Shown: positions 45,036 to 59,989 of the stretch, piece by piece
How positions within the stretch are numbered: the first letter of the stretch is position 1
Layout of the letters: each line of letters opens with the position of its first letter
From: Chrysomallon squamiferum
Lineage: Eukaryota; Animalia; Mollusca
NCBI GenBank assembly: GCA_012295275.1
Contig: CM022676.1
Coordinates: 3,596,001-3,660,000 of the forward strand
Direction: 5' to 3'
Length of the DNA: 64,000 nt
Notes under the pieces: generated by a model
What the model was told of the DNA's origin: nothing
What the model saw: the letters and a program-made list of their open reading frames with translations, nothing else
The model's database searches: none
Translations under genes and position numbers: made by a program

Positions 45036-45430
45036 AGTTACTTGAACGCTAGCAATATCTAATTAGACATGACAATTAGCAGAACGTGACAAAGAGCTAG
45101 TTTTACGTTACAAACAGTTAATTATTCGTAACCAACAAACAACTAATTGTACGTTACAAGCACTTTTAATCGTACGTTACAAACAGCAAATTATTCGTAA
45201 CCAACAAACAGCTAATTGTACGTTACAAGCACTTAATCGTACGTTACAAACAGCAAATTATTCGTAACCAACAAACAGCTAATTGTACGTTACAAGCAGC
45301 TAGTTGTACGTAACCAAAAACACAACTGAACTAAACGTACTTAACAAGTATCTAATTCTTCATGACAAAACAATTAAACGTACGTGAGAAACTGTCTACT
45401 TCTACGTTACAAACAGCTAAATGTACGTCG
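45036..45430. repeat. Minisatellite with higher-order structure (67-69 bp unit built of 21-25 bp monomers)
   Basis: Near-identical units start at 45106, 45175 and 45242 (CGTTACAAACAGCAAATTATTCGTAACCAACAAACAGCTAATTGTACGTTACAAGCACTTAATCGTA). Degenerate monomers lie on both sides. Confidence 0.9.
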
Positions 45431-45804
45431 CCATTAAAACCGAATTAAAAAAAAAAAAAAAAAAACCCTTGTGTCCAAATAAAAGACTATTAACAGGTGC
45501 TCTAAGCAAACGAAGATAATAAAACAATAATAATTACCTCCATTAGTTTCGCCAGTGTTGACTGTTTGAATAAAACATTACGACAGTGTTCGACCAAATT
45601 AGATTGCGAAGGGAAATAAAAATCAGCCATTATCGTTAGGCGCGGCTCCTAATGATGCGTATAAAAGAGATATTTCGATTCGTGGTGTTAAGTGGTCTTT
45701 CGTCTTATTATTTCCCAGTCTTTCGTTTATTGTTTTAACGATACACTTAGTTAAACGTATTTGAGGCTTGTTTTTGTATTTTTGTTTTCTGTTTTCCTTG
45801 TTTG

Positions 45805-45838
<34 letters not shown>

Positions 45839-45891
45839 CTTTCTTTTATTTATTTATTAAACAACCATTTTAAACTTCTAGGTAAAGATCT

Positions 45892-46042
<151 letters not shown>

Positions 46043-46244
46043 CTCTCTCGTCGCATCTTAGTTAGTTACTTCTGGTATTTGAATCGACAAACTACTTTTA
46101 TCTTGTCATTTCCTTTCACCAGAAATAGTAAATAGTTGTGACTTGTTTTTTCTCTGTCATCTGTTATTAACGTCAACATTTCTTCTTTCTACATGTGACA
46201 AGTAAGATCGTGACCACGCGTCAAATTACTTGTATAAACATATA

Positions 46245-46275
<31 letters not shown>

Positions 46276-46320
46276 CGTTCCAAGTTTTAAAAGGTTACTT
46301 GAAACCTTTTCATTGTTGGA

Positions 46321-46458
46321 ATTTTGTATCGAATGAATGAATGAATGAATAAATGAATGAATTAATATTTAATGAATGAATGAATGTTTACTGACAGCCC
46401 AGCACAACAAATATATCGGCTGTTGAGTGTCAAGCAAAGTTAAATATTTTGTATCGAA
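46321..46458 (-). mobile_element. 5'-truncated SINE/LINE 3' end with (CATT)n tail and 13-bp target-site duplication
   Basis: Perfect direct repeat ATTTTGTATCGAA at 46321-46333 and 46446-46458 flanks a 112-bp insert (46334-46445). The insert holds a (GAAT)n tract, i.e. a (CATT)n tail on the minus strand. Next to it is an imperfect stem-loop (TGACA 46392-46396 with TGTCA 46428-46432; CAGC 46400-46403 with GCTG 46419-46422). A 3' stem-loop plus short-repeat tail plus TSD is the layout of target-primed retroposition. Family not assigned. Confidence 0.8.
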
Positions 46459-47823
46459 GTCATAATGCTATGTTCGTTACTGCCTGGGTTATTTCGAACC
46501 ACAGTATGTTTTTGTTAAAGTTATATTTTAATTATTCTACTTTTATGTCGAAGTTATAAAGTTTCGTAAGTGTTTTGTTTCTGTTGTCTGTGTCTATGAG
46601 TGTCTGTCTGTGTCTGTGAGTGGTTATTACTTAGACGTTCTAAAATGCATATAAAGAAAATTATTATTTTCATCAATGACTAAAATAATTTTCGAAATTG
46701 AAAGTTCCCAAGATATTCACGTCATCTCTATATTACGTATCTTATTAACGAATGTCATTTTTTCTTCTTCTTCTTCCTTATTCCACATAATGGCAATACC
46801 TATAAAGAGTTTTTATTGCTAGAGTGCAAAATATTTACATTTCACTCTTTGTCACGAAGTTATTATAAAACATTAAAAGAAGACGAGTAATTCAACAGAT
46901 AATTGATGGGGAAGGAAAAGAGAAATTCCGCTTCTCCGTTTTAATTACGACCCTTCTCGGATTATTCCGTCGTACCAGAAATAACCAGAGCCATCTTCCA
47001 CTGATGACTTTTTTTCTACTAATGGAAGGGGATGGAATTACGTCTCGAGTGAGAGGCAAAACAAAGAAGGTATTACGACAAAACACAGGGAATCGTAATT
47101 GTTTGTCTTCCGATGAGAAAATAACCTTTTTCTTGACAGTGAAATTTACGTTAATTGTCTCTCGATAAGCTGCCGTCTGAAGCTCGGCCGTTTCAGTGCT
47201 CGCCCGAGGCGCGGTGCATCTTGGGATCGATCCTACTAAAAATGTCTCTTTTGGTCTTTTGAACGTTCGTGTCAATTTCCCCTATACTATGACGTAATAA
47301 GAGTCATAACATGTCTATTTGTGTTTAATCCAATTTCTGTGATCTCTTCGTGATGACTGGAAGAAAAAAGGTGGGTGAAAAGTTTCTTGAGATCGTAGTT
47401 ATGCAGGAATGATTGTTCAGTAGATGATGACAGAAAATGAATCGGTGTTGTTCCAGTAACGTCATTGAAGTAAATTTAACGAAAGATGTCAAATCTTTGA
47501 CAGCTGATAGTTGAGACAAATAATCAGAGTCAAAGTCTTTTAGTTAAATTCTTAAAGAGAAAGGTTTAGAAGAAGAAAAGTCATAGAATCTCTCCTAGCT
47601 AAATGATAACAGGTTTTGTCATGGAATCCACAGAAAGGATTCATTATCACGGTTTTCTTAATAACTGTTTAGAATTTTTTTGATAAATTAGTGTAAGACA
47701 TTTGCATTCATTAAAGAATTAACTAAGTTTTTAATAAAAATGATTTTAATTAATATCTTTATTTTTTTTCATCCTCTCATTCTCATTGTTTCTTTCTTTT
47801 ATTTTTTATAATTAATCTTTTAA

Positions 47824-47865
<42 letters not shown>

Positions 47866-47993
47866 TGACAGGTAAATAAATAAAACAGAAGTACAGATAT
47901 ATATAATGATAAAACATAGAGTATGACAGAGAGCAAGTGAAAGATTGAAAGAGAGAGAAATAGGAAGTTTGAGAGAGAGAGAAAGTAAAAGAG

Positions 47994-48078
<85 letters not shown>

Positions 48079-48105
48079 CCGTAACCTTAAAAAACTTAGA
48101 AAAAA

Positions 48106-48150
<45 letters not shown>

Positions 48151-49071
48151 CTTCATTTGTTACATGTGTGTCACACACAGATTTAACGTTCCAGTCCTCA
48201 AAATGACGGCTGTTAAATTCCATTTTCTCCTATTAAGCCTCTTTATGGTTGACCGAAATAGCAAAATTATGTTCTTGCGTCTAAATTCCATCTTCGAAAG
48301 AAGAAATAAAAACAAACAGAATCAATTCTTTTTCCTCCATAAATTGGCTGCCGCACCTGCGTTCGAACAGATAAAAAAAAAAAAAAAAAAAAAATCAAAA
48401 AAAAAAAAAATGGTCTTTGAAAATAAAGGGAGGCAACTCGATTCCAAAAAGGGTAGGGGTCGCTATCAAATGGACGTTTGGACGGCGAGATGCGGAATAA
48501 AAAACGTGAGTCGGAACCGACAACCGCCCTGTTCAGCTCGCCAGATCTGCCTCCGATAATGGTTGGTTGAAATCAGCGTACAAAAATGACATCACCATAA
48601 AAGTGGCATAAGGAAATGTAAGAGTATTAACAAACCAATAAAACTCGACATTATCGTTTTCCTTCGCCGTTCGTTTCATTGATCGTTATCTATTCCACTT
48701 TCGTATGTTCTGCTTTCGTTTTATTCGCTTTATTTCCTTTTATGTATTTATATGGTTGAATGTTTATGTGTATTTGTGTGTTTGTGTGTGTTATAGATAG
48801 AGAAAGAGAGAGGTTTAATCAGAAGAAGAAAAAAAAAGCGAATACGAGAAAGATCTTTTAAGTTGTTTGTGAGAGAGAAAGGATTCAGAAAGAGATAGAG
48901 ACACATATATAGACAGAGAGGTAAAGACAGAGACAGAGAGACAAAGATGTATGTCTACGTGTTATAATTTCTCTATTTAAATTTTATACCAGTTTTTTTT
49001 TCCAGTGACAAATATTTTATCATGGCTAAAACATCACACCACTACAAACTCCGTATATTTAGCCTTTGTAA

Positions 49072-49211
<140 letters not shown>

Positions 49212-49714
49212 GAAATCCTGAAACAAAGGCGTGTATATGACTCTGTTCTTACAATTACATACGCAAACAAACACTCCCTCGTCTACAACTGGATTAACTT
49301 ATTATAAACACAAAATATTTATCAAACATTTTACAGAGCGAGAGTCAGACAAGCATCCTAGCAGAAAGTGAGAGAGAGAGAATCAAATAATTATAAACTC
49401 TGCTAAGACTGAAGAACTGCACTTTCAGACACTGAAAGCTAAACTGGTTTAATGCAATCATGTAAAAAGTATTGACTTTTATCTGCGCCATCTTTGTAAA
49501 ACACTGACTCCTGAATATGGGGAAACACTCTAAAAATAATGTTCTTTTGTTAGATTTATTATTAATTTATACTAATGAGAGAGATACGGAGAATGAAAAT
49601 GCAAACAATGAAACCGTTATTACAATTACTATGTTTTCTTTGAAATTAATTATTATTATTTTTGTGTTGTTGTGTTGTTGTTGTTAAATATTTATTATTT
49701 CATTAAATTATTTA

Positions 49715-49822
49715 CTACAACTATTAATACTATTATTATTACTACTACTACAACCACTACTACTGCTACTACTACTGCTACTGCTGCTACTACTACTACT
49801 ATCACTACTACCACTACTACTG

Positions 49823-49856
<34 letters not shown>

Positions 49857-50020
49857 CACCACTATTACTACTACTGCTACTACTACCACTACTACTGCAA
49901 GTACTACTACTACTACTGATACTTTTTCGTTTTTTGTTATTGTACACATACACACACATATATATATCAATAAGTGTGTGTGTGTGTGTGTGTACAATAA
50001 CAAAAAACAAAACAAGTAGC

Positions 50021-50051
<31 letters not shown>

Positions 50052-50080
50052 ATAGTAGTAGTAGTGTAGTAGTAGTAAAT
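49715..50080. repeat. Opposed (ACT)n and (AGT)n arrays
   Basis: (ACT)n-type at 49740-49917 and (AGT)n at 50015-50077, separated by AC/AT/GT dinucleotide runs. Confidence 0.85.
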
Positions 50081-50774
50081 ATATATATATATATTATTTT
50101 ATTTTATTTATTTATTTCTGTCATCAATAACATACACCAATGAATTACGAGGACGTAGACAAATGTGCTAGCGTGGTTTTTCTATGTAGATGTTATTTTT
50201 TAATACCGACTGACTGGCCTTGACATCATGTCATTACAAAGATGAAGCCGTCCATTAGTGTACTGTTATTACTGTTATTAGTATAAGTACAGCGACAACA
50301 ACAACGACAGTAAGTACTACTTATATTGCTGCTGTCATTAGAACAATACAGTTTACTACTACTCCGACGACTGTTAATGCTACTTCTACTGTACAACAAT
50401 GATACTAATACTATTACGTGTGCCATCATCACCAACTATTCTGTTATCACTAATATTATTACTTCTGCTAATACAGCTACCACAACTATTACAGCTAGGT
50501 CTACTGCGACATCAGCTCCAACTACTGCTTTAACAATAATATTATTATTACTATTACATTGCTCTTACTACTTTTGGTACAGCTACTACAGCTATGCTGC
50601 CATTACCACAACAACAGCGATATTATCACGAATTGTAGCTACTACGTTTACAACTACAACTACCATATACTGATAATAGTTATACCACAGCTTCTGCTAC
50701 CTCTGCAACTACTGCGACAACCAGTGTTGTTACAAATATTACCATATATTACTGCCATAGTCGGGTATTTTTTC

Positions 50775-50863
<89 letters not shown>

Positions 50864-51329
50864 TATGTATGTATCTTTATAATTAATAAAGATATAAACA
50901 GGAAGAATAAGGTCGTTCTGAAAACTAACGTGATACCAAGGACAAACACAAAAAACAAAACAGAAATGAACCAAGACTCCACAATGGTTAAAAAAACAAA
51001 ACAAAAAACGTTCCAATGGATTTTTTTTTCCTGACAAGCTAATAATTAATTTCCTTGACAGTTCTTACTACGAAGAAAAAAAACGAAGAAAAAAAAACGC
51101 GGATAACGGAACTGCGTGTAGGATACCAGTCTAATATAAATCAATGGATTCGACAAGAAAGTCATCATTGTCTTTGCCAAGAACCGCGATTTGTTCTTAG
51201 ACCTCGACTACAAGTCAGAACCCATCCCTAGCAGGGCTCGCTTACATTTAGTGTCAGCTCTGATGTCTGTCAGAGGATGTAGGCAGCAAGCGAGAACGTG
51301 CGTATGTGTGTGTGTGTGTGTGTGTGTGG

Positions 51330-51360
<31 letters not shown>

Positions 51361-53379
51361 AACGAGTGTGCAGGTCAGAAGTTATATATGTAAGTTTGTA
51401 TTGAAGGATGGATGGATTGATTGATGAATGTACGTGTGTGTGTTCGTGTGTCTGTGTGTGTGTGTGAGATTGGTGGTTGAGTTATTATACGGAATCCAGA
51501 CAGGATTCACAGTACCAGTGTTCTTATAACTACGTAGAAAAATGTGTTTGTTAAAGAATTAGCTAACTTTTTATTAATGCTACTGCAGTAACTAGAACTA
51601 AAATTATTACTACTACTACAACCACTACTACTACTACAACAACAACTACTACTACTACTACTATTTTCATACTACAGTAATTACTGCTTTTATACTAACA
51701 CTATTGCTACTTCTATTATTATTATTACAACATCTACTCTGCTGCTACTACTACCACTGTTACTATCTCTACCACTACCATCAACACTACTACTACCACC
51801 ACTACTACTATTACTGCTACTACTACTATCGTCATTGCTACTCGTGAAGTTACTTTAATACGCTTTGTTACTTAAAGACTTTCATACTGACCTACCATTT
51901 GTTTCAGTGATACGAAAAATAAATAGTTATTTATTTATTTATATATTTATTTATTTATTTATTATTATTATTATCATCATTTCATCATCATCATCATCAC
52001 CACAATCAATGACATATTTATCATCAAAAAAGAAACATCTTCACCAAATTCTTCGAACACTACTAATTTATCAACAAATATATTTTTTTTAAATTTCTTC
52101 TTCTTCTTTCTTTCTTCTTCTTTTTCTTTTTTGTTTTTATCTTTCTCGAAATCATTTCCATTGACGCCATCTCGGCGTAAAGCAAAACAAACTGCGTGTC
52201 TTTTGTCATTTGTTTTTGTTTCTTCGTTCGCCGCCCTCTGGCCAAAGAAAAAACCACCCTGTCACTGGCAACGGAAACTCAGCCGACTGATTCGAAAGAC
52301 GCCAAAGATTTCATTTCATTCTAATCCTCTCCTCCAACCAAACGCAGAGAATTCCTTCATCGAGAAGCTGCTGCTAAGATTTCCTGAATTTTTGAATTTT
52401 TTGTATTTTTAATGTTTGTTTTTTTTTGTTTTTTTTTTTACTCTTTCAGCGGACGCTGTTTATCGATTGGTCAGACCTGCTTTTCCCAAACGATCTGATT
52501 TCATTATATTGTGTGCACGACCGTGTTTCATTTTCACTGCTAATCGTGTTAAAACGTCTTTTTTTTTTCCTTCTTCTTCTTCTTCTTCTGCTTCTTATTA
52601 TTATTATTATTCTTTTCCTCCTCCTTCTTTCTTTCTTCTTCTTCTTCTTCTTCTTCTTCTTCTTCTTCTTCTTCTTCTTCTTCTCATTTTATCATGTTCT
52701 TCTTTTTCTTCTTGAATTTTTTTCCCCTCTTCCCCAAGGGAGTTTCAATATAGATTTTTTCTTTTTTTTGGTCTTTATTTTTTATTATTTTTAATTTTTT
52801 TTTCTATCTTGCCATCTAATGATGCACTGGTGTTTGTTTTTGTCATCAGCAGTCAGAGGCGAAATGTTACAAACTCCGCTGACTCTAGTTTCAAAGGTAA
52901 AAACGTAGCTCAGTTTTCCCAGCGTGTTTGTTTTCAAACGTACATGCCAAATAAAACAACGCATGCGTCTCCATATACAGTTTCACTTATTTTTGTTATT
53001 TATTTTTTTCTCTCTCTATTTATATTTCCTTATTCCTTTCTTTTCTTTCTTTCTCTTATTTTCTCCTCTTTTATTATTATTATTATTTTTAGTTTTTTTA
53101 AAATGATTTTTCGTGCTGGCTTATTTCTTCATTATATTCTCTTTCTGGTTCTTCTTTTCATTATTTCCATATTGTCTTCTCTTTTCTTCTTCTCTGTGTC
53201 ATTTTCCCTTTTTTCCTTTATTCTCTTTGTCATGTTCTGTTCGCATATATACTATATAATGAGACAGAGAAAGAGAGAGAGAAAGAGAGAGAGATATATA
53301 CAGACACAGATAGAGATAGAGAGAGAGATAGAGATAGAGAGAGAAAGAGAGAGAAAGAAAGAGAGAAAGAGAGAGAAAG

Positions 53380-53446
<67 letters not shown>

Positions 53447-53811
53447 TAAAGAAATAGAGAATCAGACAGTCAGAAACAGAGATTTCTACTATCATTATAA
53501 ACAACGAAACAGATTCGACAACAATGCACTTCAAGAAATACCAGCACAGACACAGAGCGCTCTTCTCAGCATTCTTCATCACTTGACCATGAAACCACAG
53601 TGTGAAAAGTAACAACAACTGCACTTGTCTTCCTCTGTTTACAAACACTGTTTACACACACACAGCAAAACACAGGTCTTGGGTGGTACTGCTGTGAAGC
53701 GTAATGTATGAGAGGTAGTGAGATCGATCGACGCTGCACGCTCCTATTCGTTTTTTTAATTTTTATTATTATTATTATTATTATTATTGATATTATTATT
53801 ATTATTTTAGA

Positions 53812-53859
<48 letters not shown>

Positions 53860-53919
53860 CATCATCATTGATTTCTTTATTATTCCAACTACTACCCTAT
53901 AGTAACGTTAGTGCTGGCT

Positions 53920-53946
53920 TCACACACACACACACACACACATACA

Positions 53947-53978
<32 letters not shown>

Positions 53979-54235
53979 CATACATACATACATACATAAA
54001 TATACATACACATACATACATACATACATACATGCATACTACATACATACAAACACATATACATACATATATATATACATACATACATACATACATACAT
54101 ATACATACATACATACATACATACATACATACATACATACATACATACATACACATACACATATACATACATACATACATACACACACATATATACATGC
54201 ACACATACATCCATATACACACATACAAAATACAT
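53920..54235. repeat. (TACA)n tetranucleotide array
   Basis: Directly visible. A related tract is at 38430-38710. Confidence 0.95.
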
Positions 54236-54920
54236 AAACAGATACACGAGCTCATTTTGTTTTATTCGCAGATGTGCGCAATTCTACATTTACATGCAAT
54301 TTTAACTTCAGGTTTTCTTTGGTTTTTGTTGTTGTTGTTTTTTTCTTCCTTATCTTCTTCTTCGTCATCTTCCTTGTTATTTCCTCTTCATGATATATTT
54401 TTTTTTTTTCTTCTTCTTTTTTTTTTTAATCCTAAAAATGTTCTCGTTTTCCAAACGCTTCATTTTCTATCGCTTTCTGCTTCCTTTCTCCGAACCAACT
54501 ATCCGAATCACATAAACGGCGTCATCATTTCCAAAACCTCATTTAGATTAGGCGACCATCCAACTAAATGAAACCGAATCGAACGGAAAAAAAAAAAACA
54601 AAAAAAAAACGCGCTAGCAGATTCTTGCAATGCAGAGGCAAGAAATTCTCTGTAGCGTGAAAACTGTGTCCATTAAGACCTGCCATAAAAGGAGTCGTTA
54701 TTGAATCGCGTCCTTAATGCCAGAAATTAAAATGGCATCAAAGAACGCACGAAAGAAATCCAAAGAAGAAACTCGATTACTTTCAAAATCCCTCAATTTT
54801 ATTTTTAGCATTTTTTTTTAATTTTTTTTTTTTTTTTTTTATTTATTTATTTATTTATTTATTTTTTTTTTTTTAAGAATTTCACCAAAACATTCGTCAG
54901 CAGTTTTGTTGAACAAAAAT

Positions 54921-54965
<45 letters not shown>

Positions 54966-55847
54966 AAAAAAAAAAAAAAAAATTAAAATTTCTCAGACGC
55001 CATTGGCCAGTAGAAAAGGTAAAGAAAATCAACCCTCGTGCAATTTTCTCGTAGTATCTCGTAAATTCTCGCGTAACTAACTGATAGAGACATGAAAATG
55101 ATCCCTCGTGATCGTTATTTTGTAATGTGACTCCGCGTCCAGCTTGATGAATCCGTTTTTCAATGCAGTCATTTTTCATGGGCTGCTTCCTCCTCGAGGA
55201 AGAGTGAAATAGAAAAGGATTAGTTTGGCATCTGCAAATATTTGAGAGCGAATAAATGGTGCGTGGTCTCTCTGAATGTTACAGAGGTCGCTATTCAGAT
55301 GTCTAAATTAAAACTGTTTAGCCGAGAATTCTCCGATTTGGCTACGAAATCATTTTTTTTTACTTTTTTTAAAAATTCTTTTTTTATGTGTTTTATGATT
55401 TCCTCATTTTTTTTTTTTTTTTTTTTTTTTTTAGAAAAATGATGATAAAAAAAAATGTTTTGGCTCAGAAATATAAAGAAGGATCTCCGAACTCGAGTAC
55501 ATATTGTTAGAATGGGTAAAACTGTTTTTGCTTTTTGATGGTTTTACCGTTCACACACACACATGCACACACACACAAAAACACACACATATATATATGG
55601 TATTTTTTTAATTATGTTCGTTATAGTTTCTATATTCTTTTGTCCTTTATATAAACTTTTTGCTGTTTCTGTTGTAACTGAAATGGTTGCACTAATTCTG
55701 CTGTACTCTGCTGGCCAGAGAAGGGAGACGTCTCACAATTAACATTTTACCTGGTGAAACAAAATCAAAAACCCGTCTGGCAGTCAGCGATCTCTGGAAA
55801 ATAGAAGGAAGAAAAGAATTAAAAACCTTAATTTCTGCTTGCAGTCT

Positions 55848-55949
<102 letters not shown>

Positions 55950-56198
55950 TAAAACAATTGCAAGCAAATAGGAAAAATATAAATCGATGATTGCGAAGTG
56001 TGTAAGCCGGAGAGTGGCAGGGTATTTACAAAACGCTCTTTCGCTATCAGCAGATCATTTAAAAAAATAATTACATATATATCTATACATATTTTGTTAC
56101 ACACACAAAAACACACACACACACACATATATATATATTTCCAATTTTTTCGTTTGTCCTTTATAATGTAATTTGTGATATTTACAAAGACACAAACA

Positions 56199-56290
<92 letters not shown>

Positions 56291-57235
56291 CACAGCATAC
56301 ATACGCAGTCATACCCACACACTCGTACAGCCGCACACACACACTCATTTTTATTCACCCACGCAAACCACACACACACACACACACCCTCACCACACAC
56401 TTAATTACCCTCACTGTTTTACTCTTTACAATAACTTCTTCGATTACTTTACGTACAAACAATTATTATTATTATTATTATTTTTCTTTTTTACAATTAC
56501 TTTTTAACAAGTATTGCCTGCCCATATCCCGAGCACAGACCAGTTTCACGGTAATTTCGTTTGAGATATGTTCGTGATGCACGTGAGAACAGCTTTGTAA
56601 CGTAAAAGTTGTTTATCGTAGCAGTTATGTTGTTTTTTTTGGGTTTTTTCTAAGAAAGCTCGTTACCTGTGCTTTACTCAAAAAAGTAAAAGATTAACAC
56701 TTTTTCTACATATACATCATCTACAGATAATAACGTATTTTGCCGAATGTTGCTTTTTTAGAATATTTGAATGTGTTTTAATGGTTACGTTTGAAGTGTG
56801 TAGAGGTATTACGTTATTTTTCTGGATGTACGTTATCTGAAAATGTTAACGTATTACGTTATTTTTCTAAACGTGAAAACGTTACGTATTTTCTAAATAT
56901 TAACGTTTGTTTTTTTGTGTACCTTATGTAGAAATCCTGTAGTACTTTAGCGTGTGCGTTAGATAAAAAAAACACACCAAAAAACGTTAACATACCTTAT
57001 TAAGGAAATAACAATAAACTTTGAATAATGTACATTTTATGCAAATATCCACGTCCGTATGTTATTTGAAAATGCATCACTGTCTTTCTGAAATATTAGA
57101 ACATCCATCAACAGTTTTGTGTTTACGTAATATAAGGAAGCATTATTTGGAAACACTGACAGAAGTTTTTTTTATTTAGTTATTTATTTATTCATTTATT
57201 CATTTATTCTTCTTCTTATTATCATCATCATCATC

Positions 57236-57293
<58 letters not shown>

Positions 57294-58659
57294 ACTAATA
57301 TTTTTGTTATAACTATTACTATTATTATTATTATTATTATTTTTGTTATTATTATTATATCGTCTGACTGTATTATTGTAAATCATCTGACTATGTCCTT
57401 GTTATACGGCTGTGTTGAAAACGAGAACGTCACATCATCAATTCCATTCGTCGCGTTTTCCTCATTTTTTTCAACAGCCTTGGACGACAGGCACGGAATA
57501 CAGGAACATTGGTTATTATTTCAAACAAGCGTTAGGCGAAGAAGGCATTAATATTATTCACTCGTTAGCTCGAGAAGCTTTTCAGCTGGATTTCGTTTAG
57601 TCGTCGGCTTTGAGAACCGCGCAGAACGTCCGCTGATTCTTCTTTCTGACCTTTCATTTCATTTCCCGTGGCGCTGGTGCTCCGAGAAGGCGGAAATTAC
57701 AACAGATTCAACGTGGATGAAGCTCGGGTTGTGTCGGACTTCGACGAAGACACCTGATTGGCTGAACGCGGCCGTAACGTAATTCCTTTGAAACGAGACA
57801 ACAGGAAATGGGGAGCTTGCAAATATTTCCGCATTCGTACGTATTGCCGTGAATCGAGGAAAAGACTGGAAGAAAAAACATGGAATGCGGAAAGGAGAGA
57901 CGAAAAGATGGATAAGATTATGAAGGCGTGAAAGAAGAAAGGAAAGATGAACGGGTTAATAAGGCGGAGAAAAAAGAAAACTAGAACGAAAACAACACAA
58001 AAAAAACAAACAACGAATGAATAAGTTAATAAAAGCAACAAAAGACGACGACAGATAAAAAAAAGAAATATAACAAGTTAATAAAGGCTAGAAAAAGAAA
58101 ATAAATATAGAAGGAAAAAACGAAAGGATGAATAAGTTAATAAACACGAGAAAGGAGAAAGCAAATATAGAAGTATGAATAAAAACCTTAACTTAATAAA
58201 GGCGATAGAAAAGAAATGACAGAAAAAAAGAATAAATTAATGAAGGCGAGAAAGAAAAAGAGAATGAAAGAATGGGAAATTGAAATAATGGGGAAAAAAA
58301 GAAAACAACAAACAAACAAACAAAACAAAAAAAAAATGAAAGAAAGAAAGAAAGAAAAAAAACAAAGGAAAAATTAATTAAGAAAAGAGTAACAGCAGAA
58401 ACAAAAAAGAAAAAAGAAAGAAAGAACGAAAACAAAAACAAAAACTTTTGTCACTAATGTGTGATGTAAATATTACATAAAACAATGGCAGGAAGAAAAA
58501 AAAAGAACAAACATAAATTCAAAATACTCAAAGAATATTTCCAATTCTTTGCTCTATAGACACAGAGACATTCCACAGAAGACAGCAACAGTGAAATAAA
58601 AGAAAGAAAGAAAGAAAGAAAGAAAAGAAAACGAAGGAAAGAAGAAAAAAAACTAATTG

Positions 58660-59070
58660 ACACGACCGTAAAGCGTGCGTGCGTCATTATCTGTCGAGTT
58701 CCATAAAGCAGCGGATAAGTGCGCGGCGCTAAAAATGGAGGAAGTCACCAAGTAGAAGCGATAATGGCGGTGTCAGTGTCAGTGTTAAATGTCCCGCGAT
58801 TACCAGTTACCGCGCGAAGTGATTCGACACAGCAGCAGACAGCTAATCGGCACGCCCTGTCTTCGCTCTTCAGACGTGTCTCCAGCAGACTCGACGTTTC
58901 GAAGCGGCTCGCGCAGTTCCCGTCGTTAACTCGAACCCGGCCGAGCTAGCGCGCGCTCAGCTGACTCGACTTGACTGTTCGTGAAAGAGCGGCTCGGAGC
59001 GGCGCGTGGAATTCACTTTTACGACCGCGTGCGAGTGACAGGCGCGTGGAGCTCCGCATTCCGCGAGAAA
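58660..59070. promoter_or_regulatory. Strong CpG/GC island, candidate promoter or enhancer
   Basis: One of the densest CGCG/GCGC stretches in the window. It is flanked by an A-rich tract on the left (57900-58650) and T-rich tracts on the right (59090-59200). It contains AAAATGGAG, TAATGGCGG and CCATAAA (58701-58707). No clear donor seen. Confidence 0.45.
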
Positions 59071-59159
59071 ACAAAAACATTCCTTCGTTGTTTTTTTTTT
59101 TTTTTTTTCTTCTTCTGGCCAGAGTTTCATTCTGTTGAGATCGGTGTTTTTTTCCTTTT

Positions 59160-59199
<40 letters not shown>

Positions 59200-59535
59200 T
59201 CTGTTTATACGCGTGCGTTTGCAGGAATGTGCGAAAAAATGTGCGAGAAATGTGCGAGAAATGTGTATCCCGTTCTGATCATTCCGGAGGTTTTACGTCG
59301 TGAAATGTTCAGCTCTTGCTCTGGCTAGTTGCTAACACACACATGTAATATTAATCTGATACACAGTAATATGATCAGTTCTGTCGTCGGTTGTTGGTTC
59401 TACAAGATTTGTGCAAGAAAACACAAGATGTAATAAAATATAGCGAAATTATACATCATCGTGAAACCGTAATTATCATAATGTTATATATTTATCTTCC
59501 AAGAAGATTTACTTTGTTATTATATAAGTATACGC

Positions 59536-59630
<95 letters not shown>

Positions 59631-59989
59631 TTTTACCTAGTTTGTTACTCTTCATACTGAAAATAATAAATAATTATAGAAGCCAGGAAATTAGAAAGCA
59701 CTTATATGCTTTGTATGTTTTGTTATTAAATAAGCGTTAAATATTTGTTTCATTACAGAACAAGCTTACACATGTTGAGTTAATGTCTGTGTTTGAGCGT
59801 ACGAATGTGTGTGTGTGTATCTTTCTCTGTGAGTACAAGCTTGTTTGCTTTCTGGCTTGTAATATCATAATCATCATTATTAGAAACATTAAAAAAAATA
59901 AAATAAAATAAAAAATAATCCTACAATTTTAACACCGAAAACCCGAAAGCGAAGCGTTTTTTTTGTTTGTTTTTTTGTTGTTTTTTTTA

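Noticed and set aside
46892-47519. Non-repetitive minus-strand ORFs (127 and 64 aa); similar ones at 43291-43667 and 61528-61800
   Set aside because: They have no recognisable domain and no convincing splice boundaries, and most start at non-ATG codons. A homology search would be needed to revive them.
47861-47880. miR-8-like TATACTGACAGGTAAA
   Set aside because: It has mismatches in the 5' region, abuts a (TA)n run, and has no hairpin partner.
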